Assembly: GCA_965153285.1 (NCBI GenBank)
Contig: OZ229112.1
Length of the DNA stretch: 64,000 nt
Strand: one strand, 5' to 3'
From: Podarcis tiliguerta
Lineage: Eukaryota
The notes beneath the pieces were generated by a model that saw only the letters and a list, made by a program, of their open reading frames with translations, made no database searches and was not told where the DNA came from. Below, one piece after another: positions 28,301 through 40,300 of the stretch; the stretch's first letter is position 1; each line of letters opens with the position of its first letter. Position numbers and translations under genes: made by a program.

Positions 28301-31300
28301 CTGAGGGAGAATAATGTAGTGGTTATGGGCATTGTCCATTAGGTATCTGCAGTAAGTGCACACATAGATACCGCACTAACTCACGTTGCGCCACTTGAAG
28401 CTGGAGGCTCAGCCTTTTTCTGACACTTCTTAAAACACTACCAAAATCTGAAAAACCATTTTGACCAAAGACCATTGCAAGACACACACACACACACACA
28501 CACACAGAATATGCAAAGGCTGTAACTGGCAGCGACAACTCTATAGTGATACTGCTTTCAGCTCTTCTATATACAGTCTCAGTTAGCTCCCCCCACTCCA
28601 CAAAGTAATTAACATCATTCACTAGCATGACTCCACCTGATAATTTGTCAGTGTGAAGGCAGGTTGCTCTGAATTCCACTTTCACATATGCTATCAATCA
28701 TATATTTAAAATCTTGCACAAACAGGCCTATGGGCTTTATTAAATCCTTTTTTAAAAGCATGTGACATTTTTACAGCCATGATATCAGAGTGCTGTATGT
28801 CAGATTCCTTAATGGAAAGTTAATGTACCTCCATTGCTGAATGATAAATGATTCTACCAATCTGGGCACAGGTTCATTGTTCATGGGAGGAATCCAACAT
28901 TGTACTCTTTCGGTCCAGATCCCTTTTACAGCATTCTTTCCCCCCCACTTTCTTTTCCACTTTCATTTATACAGGCAGAAGAATTCCACTCAGTTGTGCA
29001 CGTTCTTCTGGAATGGCTGGCTGAGGCTGAACAGGCCCTTCGTTTCCATGGCAATCTCCCAGATGATGAAGAGTCTCTGCGTACTCTAATAGATCAGCAT
29101 CGGGTGAGTGAGATAATTGAGACAGTGCTGGCTCTTGACTAGATTTATGAAAAGGTCGGAATAAAATAAAACTATTTATGACTTATTTGTATCTGGCAAT
29201 GAAAATTAGTTTCTTTCCTAGAAATAAGGGCTCGTGGAAAACTTTTGATGGGTGATTGATAACTCAATCAGCTAAAGCACCTTAAAATCAGTATACTTAC
29301 TTTAAATGTTTCCTTCCCAAACCATAATAAAATTCTTGATATTCATAGCAACACAGTTATTAAACTGCAGTAGAACTTCTCATACCCCTTGAAGTCTGGC
29401 ATAGACCATGTCCCAGGCCATCAATCCTCTCTATCGCAAGAAGTCAGATTCAGCAGAATTCTAGTAGCAAATTCATTCTCTTCCTATTACTCCCAGTCTT
29501 TACATACATACTTTGTAGGCCAGTTTCCCAGTGGGTTCAGCCTTCTCTTCCGGGGGAAAAAAAATGCTAGCAGGAAAGACTTCAGGACAAAGGCATAAGA
29601 AGGTGGATAATTGGCTAAATATTTATAGTGCCTGTCATAGAAGTCAGGTGGTAAGAATGAAGCCATTATACCCCTCTGGTGAACAAGGCCTGCAAAATTT
29701 ATGACCCACCAGGCTAGCACACCACTGGCAGTTCATTTATAGTGGATAAGAGCAAGACATGCAGAAGGTGCAGATCATTACTCGTTTACACTAGTGTAAG
29801 GCAGATCTGCATGCTAAGGGAGATTGTGATTATGGTAAATGAAGTGGAGTGGGGAAATTCGCAATGCAACAACATCACGTCATGTGGTCTGTTTTACTAT
29901 GTATTTTTGAGATGTGTAGCTGCTGCTTTTGTCTCTTGTAACATGTAGTTCTTCCCATTGTTTTATTGCCTTCAGTTGGATTGTCATTCCCCACTCCCAA
30001 CCCACTTTCTCTCCCCCCACCTTTTTCTTTCTTTTCTTTTCTTTTCTTTTCTTTTCTTTTCTTTTCTTTTCTTTTCTTTTCTTTTCTTTTCTTTTCGTAA
30101 TGGTCTATGCTATGAGTCAGGCCATTTGTGCAGCTACTCCTCCAGCTCCACCATTTCCCCCTCCCTGGCTAGTCTTTATGTATCTGTTACCATACAATGA
30201 GATCATTGAAAGGCTGCCAGACGCTATATTGGTAATGAAGAAGAGAATATCTTGTTTACTGTCATTCCCTCTGAACAGGCTCCAGATGGTTCTCTTTGGA
30301 TTTTCTCTCACCAAAGAAAAGGCAAATTCTCTCTCTCTCTCTCTCTTTCCTCACACGCACAGTTCTCTAGGCAAAGCAAGCAATACGTAAACACAAGATA
30401 ACAACGTACAATAACGGCAGCTAAAATGTAAACCACACTTTAAAAATTTACAAGCTGTAGAAGTAGTGAGTGAAGATGCATTTTAACACAATGTGAAGTT
30501 TGGGGTATCTTCAAACATACTTTTATCTAAAGCTAAATATATCGCATACTTTAGTTCTGCTGCTTTCCCCTTCGTTTTTGTGAAGGAAATGTCTAATAGA
30601 AATCTATTCGTATAGCAACATTTTAAAATTCTTACCCTACTCTGGTGGGGTTACTTGACTGCCGGTCTATCAAGGAAGGCATTTCAGCCCTTTATTTTAT
30701 ATTGAAAAGCTCAGTTTCACAACCAATTACCCTTTAAAAAAAAATTGCACTTGGTTTAATAGAGGTTAGGTCTCCTAGATAATTCAGATTTTACCTCTCC
30801 TTGTGGGCTTTGGGGCCAATAGGCACAGTGGGTAAATGCATTAAACTAGGTAAGAAGGGAAAGACATTTATGCTCTTGCTCTCTCTACCCTAGTCCACCT
30901 CCTACACCACTCAAAAGTCTCATAAATCTTTTCTCTTATAAAAATGCTATATATCCTTAAGTCACTTTCTGATTTTCCTTATCAGCATAGGATGACTTAG
31001 GGCCTATAACTTACAATGTGCACAGTAAAAAAACAATAAAATATAGAAGATAGTCTAAAACACAGCAGCCAAAATATCCAGGAGGGCTCAAAACCTGATT
31101 AAAAGGGGAAAATAATAACTTTGCATATCCCAGCAGAGGAATTTCGTCGGGGGGTGGGGGTGGGAGGGAGACAATCACAGTAAAAAGGCCTTACAAATAG
31201 AAGGGCATTTGTGGGAGATCTGAATTCTCAGGCATCTTTGAGATGAGCATTTCAAACAAAATTCTCAAGAAGAGGACTGTTCTTTTGTTATCTGAACCCC

Positions 31301-34296
31301 AGTGAAAGTGGGCCTCAGACGCTTGCATCCCCTATTCCTTATCCACAGGAAGCAGAAAACAAGTGCAGCAGGGAAGTTGGCATTAGTTCGTAACCCAGAT
31401 AGATAGGTCCTGATTTCTTCCTGGTTCAGGGCGCCATCCTCCCACATGTGGGGCTTTGTGGAGCAGCAAGGCCACTGCCATATCCGTAAGTCCTGCTACT
31501 CAGAATGACAATAATGGAAGATGCATGGAGGGTAAAGGATGTTCGGGTCCAGTCCAGACCTGATGCTGTCACACAATAGCAGTGAAACTGGCTTGGGCTG
31601 CAGTGAATCTCAAGTCAGCCCTGTCCACTCCCTCCACCAGGACCCACCCTGTCCCTGGATGATTCAGAAGGCAGCAGGAGGCTGTCTCAGCCAGGAGAGC
31701 TGAGTGAAGGGACACTTTTGCCTGATCCAACACACAGTCTGGCCTAAAGGAGGCTTAGATAGCTCAGTAGGTCGGTTACTTCTGCATGTCGACATGTTAG
31801 CATCTTGTAGTCCAAGAATTCAGTGAATGGTCCCTAGAAGTCTGCATAAATATATGCTGGCCCAGTTATACAACTGAGCAGAGGTGCTCTGAGTAGAGTG
31901 TGTGGTTTGATTAAATAATCAATCCACTGGGTTTCCTGAAACATGTCCAAAAGTAATTAACTTGCTATGACATCTAAGTAGTGCTGTCTCACAAAGTTGT
32001 GTGTGTGTGTGGATAAATATTGCAGTATTGAATTGGAGACTCCAGCATGCATTTTGTATCTTCAATTAGCCCTTAGTCTACAGTGGATCTTAAAATATTC
32101 TTAATAAGTAAATCACTTTCCTTATGCTTTGCTTCTCTTCTTCCTTCCCTGCCACTGGACCAATTCAGATGCCGAGTGATTCAGTGTAGGCATCTGCTCT
32201 TTTTGGCTAAACCAGTCTGAAATCACTTGGATTTTACCTTTGAACCACTGCCAGCACCTAATTGAAATCACTGTTTTTGCCTTAGGAATTCATGAGAAAA
32301 CTGGAAGAAAAAAAGGCTGAACTAACGAAAGCCACAGGTATGGGAGAAGCCATCCTGGCTATCTGCCACCCAGACTCCATCACTACCATTAAGCACTGGA
32401 TAACAATCATCAGAGCAAGGTTTGAAGAGGTCAGTCCATCTCTAGCAGGTTCTCTCTGGTAATAATAATCAGTCTTTTTTAGCTTGGAACACAACTGACA
32501 ATTAGCAAGGCACTTATATTGTGAGGAAACGATCCAGCTGTCGAGAGCAAAATGTTTAACATACTCATGCTGTCATGTGTAATAGGTTGGTTTTGGCTCT
32601 TCCTTTGCAAATGTCTCTTGAGGAAGAAGTAAAACACTCCCCAGATCAGTTCATGTTCAAAGATAATCACAGTGAATTAGAAGTTAAGCTTTGAAAAAGG
32701 GATAGGGAACCTGTGGTTCTACAGACATTGTTGGACTCCAACTCCCATCAGCACCAACCACTACGGCCATTTGTCAAGGATTAAGGAGTATTGTGTGATA
32801 ATTCTCAAAATGTTACCACATACTAAATACCCAATCGCTAAACACAGCAGTGCTTTCCAACACTTCTGTGCTGCTAGAAACCTTTGGATCACAGTAAAAA
32901 GGCAGTGACTTTTCTTTTTGTACTTCTCTTCATGGGGTGCAAAGAGTTCCAGCTTCTACTCACAGAGCTCTCCAATGTGGTTGCTCAGCAGTCCTTTGAT
33001 AATTCAGCCAGATTTGTTCATGTGAAATTAATGGAGCACCCAGAGCCCTGGGTTGTGTGAATGTGAATATCATGCATTCTTTTCTTTTCAAGGTGTTAGC
33101 ATGGGCAAAGCAACATCAGCAGAGATTGGCAGGGGCCCTAGCTGCACTTATCGCTAATCAAGAGCTGTTGGAAGCATTATTGACCTGGTTGCAGTGGGCA
33201 GAGACAACACTTAGTGAAAAAGATAAGGAAGTCATTCCTCAGGAGATTGATGATGTTAAGGCACTCATAGCTGAGCATCAGGTAAGAGGGCCGTTGCTAT
33301 GATTATGATCAAACTAGTCAGCTTCAATGTACTTATGTCCATATGCATATTTTGGAAGTTCAGGTGAAACAAGTTTTTAAATAAACAATTAAAAAACATG
33401 CTTTGGCCACATGATCAAACAGGTTCTGGTTCATGTAGCCTTCTGTTTTTATTTATGTTGTTTTCTTGTATTGTACAGCATTGTTCTGGTAAAAGGTGAA
33501 GAAAGGCAATATTAAGGAAAACTGCTCTTTTCTTGTACACAGCAAACCAGTGCACCAATTCACCGTGCAATTGATTTCTCCTTTAGAATAAAGAGACAGG
33601 ACAGCAAAGAAAAAGAAATTGAAAACAATAAATAAGCTGGACTGTAAGATAATACTGTATTGCTTGTTTTCAACTTTACATTCTACAAGATGCCTTAGAA
33701 TTGTTCTGGGACCACATAGTTCCTTCATAAAGTCAAAGTTGAGTATTTTCCTTGTTGGCAAGCCAGTTAGGAGAACTTTGTCATTACTATTTGGGACATG
33801 AGATCAATATCCTTATTGTGGGAGAAACATGCACTTTGGAACACTTGGAGGTTGGTGGAAGTGCTTTCTTTTAATCTGAGCATGTAGCTCAAGAAGCCAC
33901 AGCCCATATTGTTGTTCTCATCAACGTGCTCATGGCAGGCAAGGTAGTTGTACAGGCATTCAGGTGTTAGCAAGGAGATGCTGTAACCAGTGTAGATGCT
34001 AATCTAGATATGAGAGAAATCAGCATGTGAAGTAGGAGTTCTGTGCATGCATGGGAGATCCCACAGACATCTGGATCAGAACCTTTGTACCCCCAAACGG
34101 TATGTTGCAAATTATTGTTGTGCATTGTTAGCCAAAGCAACCACCCTTTACTTGCAGACATTCATGGAGGAAATGACTAGAAAACAGCCTGATGTGGATA
34201 AGGTTACTAAGACGCATAAAAGGAAAGCAGCTGAATCTGGTCCAATTCATTCTCATATTCCTGTACTGGATAAAGGAAGAGGAGGAAGTAAGTAAT

Positions 34297-34390
<94 letters not shown>

Positions 34391-37300
34391 GTGGCATCAC
34401 ATATATCATTGCCTTTAGTCATTAACTGATTATTTAAAAGCTGTCAGAATTTAACTTACTACTTCTGATTTATGAAGTGGACAGTATTGTCTACAGGGTC
34501 AGGAACCTTTGGCCCTAAAGCCAAACCTACCTTTCTGTTAGATGCCACCTGGAATCACAGGCATGTTAGGCCTCTCCCTTCTTCCTATAGAAACAGGCAT
34601 GTATGCTATGTTACCTTTTGTTTACATTGCCTTGAGAAGCAGAAGTACAGTACATTTTTCTGTATTTTAACAGGAAAGCGTTCCCCAACACCAAGCATGT
34701 ATCCCTCGGGTGCACAGGCTCAGATTGAAACCAAGAATCCACGGGTGAACCTCTTGGTCAGCAAATGGCAGCAAGTCTGGCTTCTGGCTCTGGAAAGAAG
34801 AAGGAAACTTAATGATGCTTTAGACCGATTAGAGGAGGTCAGTAAACAGCAGATGTGTTTGCTATAACTAAGCCTTGGTTCATGTCTTATTGGCCACTCC
34901 TCTTCGTGTGGTGGAGGACCAGGCAGATACCCTTCCTTTGACAGGCAGAAGTAGCTTATGTGCTGGTCAGTGCGTACCAACACCCAATTATGTGAAGGCC
35001 CTGCTTGTGCATCATTATTATTATTCACTTTTATTACAAAGGTATTTCAAAGTGATTTACATTAATTATATTTAAAATGATTTACATTAATTATGTTAAT
35101 TTCTCCCTTGCTTTTTTGTGATGGAAATATATCACATAAGCAGAAATCAGCATGGAGTGCCATTGGTGTTGTGTAGACATAATATTGGGATGTATGCTCT
35201 CCTTCCACTTTCCCTGTACTCCCTTCAGAACAAATTCACCACTTTCCTTGTCAGAGTTTGCCATGGTTTAGAGTTACTTGAGTGGTGATCATAGTGATGA
35301 TTAAGGATTTGTAAGCCCCCTTCATACTTTAGTTTCAAAAAAAGGGAACGGGGTTTTGGGGAGGGCAAGGGAAAGACTCCTAAGGTTGGCTTCCAGTTTG
35401 CACATTAACATCTGCTCTGAACTTTAGCATCGTGATTATATGTATATCTCATAAGACAGTTCACCTCTTTTTTTCCATTTTTCCTTTTGTCTCAAGCTGA
35501 AAGAATTTGCCAACTTTGATTTTGATATTTGGCGGAAGAAGTATATGCGTTGGATGAACCATAAGAAATCTCGAGTCATGGACTTCTTTAGGAGGATAGA
35601 TAAAGATCAGGATGGAAAGATAACCAGACAGGAATTTATTGATGGGATTCTTTCTTCAAGTAAGTTTTGAAGCAAAGTTCGATCATTTGCATATTAAATT
35701 TAATTCCTCAGAGTTTTGGAATGCTAGTAAGTCATCAGTTTCCCGAAACGTTATTGGTAAGAGTTGTTCATTTTAACTTGAACTGTTCTTTTCATCTGCA
35801 GAATTTCCTACTAGTCGATTGGAAATGAGTGCAGTAGCGGATATCTTTGACAGAGATGGTGATGGCTATATTGACTACTACGAGTTTGTAGCGGCACTTC
35901 ATCCGAACAAAGATGCATACAAGCCTCTGACAGATGCTGACAAAATTGAAGATGAGGTGCTCTTCTCCCTTCCCCCCTCCCCGCCCCTCAGCCTCTTTCT
36001 AAAGTATCTTTCTCTGAAATTGCATGTTGAATTTATACAGTGGTACCTCGGTTTACGAACAGCCCTGTTTATGAACTATTCAGTTTACAAACTCTGCAAA
36101 ACCAGAAGTAGTATTCCTGTTTGTGAACTTTACTTCAGTCTACAAACAGAAGCCGAACGGTGGAAGGGCACTGGCAGCGGGAGGCCTCATTAGGGAAAGT
36201 GCACCTCAGTTTAAGAACGGATTTGGTTTAAGAACGGACTTCAGGAGCGGATTAAGTTTGTAAACCAAGGTACCACTGTAGTCCCATTGTTTTCTTGACC
36301 TGATTCCACGATTTACCATAAATGGCAATTAATATAATTTGCTTCTGATTGTCGTTTTGACAGGTGACAAGGCAGGTAGCAAAATGTAAATGCGCAAAGC
36401 GATTCCAAGTGGAGCAGATTGGTGATAACAAGTACAGAGTAAGTATAGAAAACAGTCATGTTATCTGTTGGATTTACACTCCCCTATTCTGCAAAGGAGT
36501 AATTTAACTAAATTAATAATACAGTGTGAATTTGATGTATTTTCTCTTTTTTAAAAAACAACATCAACATCATCATTTTGGACCCTATTGCATTTTTCAC
36601 CAGCCACAGTGCATAAAGTGAGATGCTGCTGTTGCGCCACCCTCTTGGCTGCAGGCGCTATCATTCTCTGGGGTGAGGTGGCAGCAGAGTAGTCGTGGTA
36701 GGTGCAGATGATTGTGCCCCTGTGGCCACCACTGCTGTTAACCCAGTGGTCTCCTGCCCTCATCTCTTCTCTGGCCCCCCCATCGCATCCCCAGCAAGCG
36801 TCAGCACCACTGCAGCCAACAGGGTATCGCAGTGGCAGGACCCCACCTCATGCACCACAGCTGTTCTTTAACCACCCCATCTGATCTTTTAGCTTGTGAC
36901 TGAAGAAGAAGAAAAGCTACTATTATAACTTTCCAAAGGAGCCTGGGTTTTGATGAAACTTCCAAGTAATAGAGCTTAATGCCTGTTACAAATATTCCAT
37001 GCGTGCACCAAGTTATACCTACAGCTTTCAAGGTTTTATAGTGGAACATTCATTAACTTCTGAATTAGAATTATTATTTTTTTCCAACAGAGCAAACAGT
37101 TGGGAGTGTATTAGCCTTCCAAACATATTTGAATAAAGTTGTACTCTGTCATCACCATCCTGTCTTTTCTTTTTGTTTGATTTTGATTTCGCTGAAGCAT
37201 GCTTTCCTTTTTCTAGATAGAAAATGTGCCAGAAAAACCAACAAGTAGATATCAAGGGGGGATCTACCAAATTGTCGTCCCCTTCTTTCATTTCAATTCA

Positions 37301-40300
37301 GCAATATCATTTTCCATTGAGAATTTGGCGGAAGGAAATCAGATTATACAGCAAGCAATAGATAGGTGTCATAGGAGTCAGGTCTGACAGCATTAACAGC
37401 CCAGACAGCTGATGTTATCAGCACATCTCTAAGCTACATACTAAATTGGAAGATTTAGAATGTGTATGTGCTGTTAGAGTGTGTTCTAGAGGATTTCCTG
37501 TTACACTAATTATGTCTTTCTCCCATTTTCCATCTCTTGTCAGTTCTTCCTGGGAAATCAGGTATAAACAGTGGAATGTGTTATGGAGTTCCTAGTATTC
37601 TTTTAATACGTCATCATTTCAGCTTGCAGTGGTTTGTCCTCCCCTCCCCTTTCACCCTAAGCTAATTCATTGTTGGTCAGCTACGATGCCTCTCTGGAAA
37701 TGCTTAACTGGTTTCCTTGTTTTGGGAATTGCCTTTTTTGCCTGCTGCTGCCTCATTAATGAGATTACTTTTAAGGGAACCAGATAATAGACTGCATTAA
37801 TTGGTTGTGCAAATGCCTTTGGGCATTCTTCCTGTGGTTTACACACTGGAATTGCTGTTTAGATTTTACTGTGATTCATATATGGAGTATCCTTTAAATT
37901 TCCATGCTGCATTCCACTGTAAGATGATCCAGGACCTTGCGCTTTTTAAAGCTTTTGCCAAAAACAAAAAAGGACATTCAATTAGAAATTGAATAGGGAA
38001 ATTGCATTTCCATAAAAACCATCACTGCAAATTGGGCACCATGCAGACTGCATCCCAGGTAAAGACTGCCTATTTCTGTTTTGTTTCGTGTGCAGTCCAT
38101 CATTCTTCTTGCTTCTTAGAAGTTAGTACAGTGGAACCTCGGTTGTTGAATACCTCCGTTGTCATACGTTTCGGGTTCCGAACGCCGAAAACCTGGAAGT
38201 AACTGCTCTGGTTTTCGAATGATTTTTGGAAGCTGAACGTGCTATGCGGCTTCCGTTTTGAGTTTCCCTATTGTATTGAGGGTTCAGTTTTCGGTTTTCG
38301 AACATTTCGGACGTCGAACGGTCTTCTGGAACGGATTATGTTCGAAAACCGAGGTTCCGCTGTATCATCCTTTCTTAGAATCTATTCCCTGTGGAACCTA
38401 ATAGTAAAGGAAGATTATATAGATTTTTAGAATGAGATTACTCAACATTATGCAGTGTAAAAAAATCCCATTTGTGATTTAAAGTTTCACCTACTCTGAC
38501 ATGAGTACAATAAGCTAAATTTTCCTTCTCATGCCATCCATGCTAATACATTATATAATCTTAACTTTTGCCTTTGTTTAGCCCACTTTGCTCCCAATTC
38601 TAAAGCCACTCCCATTTTGCATGATACGATGTTCTTGATTTCCTAGATGATGTAGTGAAGGGAGTTTGTTCTCCTGCTTTCTTCAGGAGGGTGGGTGTGG
38701 CTTTGCCTCAGCACCATTAAATGAATGAGACAGGAAGCACTGGAGCTGCAAGTGGCAATGTTGAAGCATTGTGCCGTCTGGAAAATGGGGAGAGAAATGT
38801 TCCACTCCCAAATGGGAGTTGGGGGACTGGGGCAGGTTGCTTACTCCTGACTGCAGCAGAGTGACACCTGAGATTAGGGATCATTTGGCACAACAGTAGT
38901 AGAAGTTAATTACCTAAATGGGCTCGGGGAAAGAAGAACTGGGGGGCAAAGGGTAAGTGCCCCAAAATATCATAACGGTGACAGATGTGGTTTCCCAAAA
39001 CGATCTCCCAGGCTTTATTGGCTCAAAGGGAAATCTCCCCAGACTTATTCAGGAGCTGCCATATATAGTGGAGCACATCCCCCCCCAAAAAAGGACCATC
39101 AGAAAATACAGTTGATGCAGCATAAAATCTTGTGAGTAAAAAAAGAAAGAAAGAAAATATTCAGCCACTAATTACTTTGGGTATTCTCAATTTGTTAACT
39201 TTATATGCTTTCCTCTTGTTTGGTTCCCAAAAGTAACATGCCTTTCTCCCTTTGCTTAAGCTGTGTCTCGGTAAGGTACATGAAAAATTAAACTCAGTTA
39301 CATGATTTGGCTGTAAAGCAAGTAGTGCTTACCTTAGCTTCTTTCCAAGGATGAAATCCAGCATTTTATTCTAGTGTGATCTTTGGGAAGAACTCCCCAT
39401 AGGTACCCACATGAAGAATCTGGTCTTACATATCACAGTAATCCGAGCTAAGAAGTGCTGAATCCCTCTGACTATTTTTTTCTCCCAGGGAACAGGGTGG
39501 CTCTAAGATCCTACCTGTAATGGGGGATCAGATACAACCTTTAAATCCCAACCAATGCAAAAGACCTCAATCTTCCATATTATCAATCCAACTCATCCAA
39601 ATCTCTTGTCCACCTACGACAAGAGATTTGGATGAGTTGGATTGATAATATGGAAGATTGAGGTCTTTTGCATTGGTTGGGATTTAAAGGTTGTAACCCT
39701 GCAGTCTGCTAGTGAGCTTTTCAGATTGCACAGTACAGTTAGAAGTGAGGCAGCCATGGCTTGTCCTGCTGTTTCTCCCCTGGTCCTGTTGTCCTTCCCT
39801 TCCTCCACTTGCTGCAATGGTCAGGCCTGCAGGTGTGCTGTGCAGCAGTTTGGGGTGAATCACAATGGCAGGAAAAGAAAAGAGCAGAACACGTTCTTAT
39901 TACAGTGGGGAATGTAAATGAGGAGAGAAGCAGGTTTGGGATATTTCCCCCTTCCCCTCTGCAGCCAACCCTCCTTTAAATCTGCTACACAGGGTTGGAC
40001 CCTCCATGGCAGATTTAGTGAGACTGTGGGGGGGTCTGCAGCGGGGAAGGGGGAAATATCCCAAACCTGTTTCTCTCCTCATTCTGCTGATGGAAACCTT
40101 ACTGCCAGCTGAGTCAGGTCTCTCAGTTACAGTCTGACAACATTAGCTATGATTCATAGCGTTTTGCAATGGTAGTGTAAGAAATCCACTGGAACTATTG
40201 GAGACACTTTATGTATTAGTGATTTGATACTAATGTCATGGAAAGGAGATTTGAAATGTGCATATAAAGAGTGAAGGAGAAACTCAGGTGGCCATCCTTA

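Noticed and set aside
29929-30390. 153-aa ORF with FFSFL repeats that look like a membrane protein
   Set aside because: It is the translation of the (TTTTC)n microsatellite.
34128-34409. Antisense ORF with (ER)n
   Set aside because: It is the translation of the (GA)n microsatellite antisense to a DST exon.
36038-38362. Two related MITEs flanking the GAR exon and microexon as possible circRNA or skipping drivers
   Set aside because: They are in the same orientation. Only the short TIRs could cross-pair, and these would preferentially pair within each element.
39900-40112. Two opposite-strand ORFs with near-identical N-termini ([12 protein letters not shown])
   Set aside because: This follows trivially from the inverted repeat.
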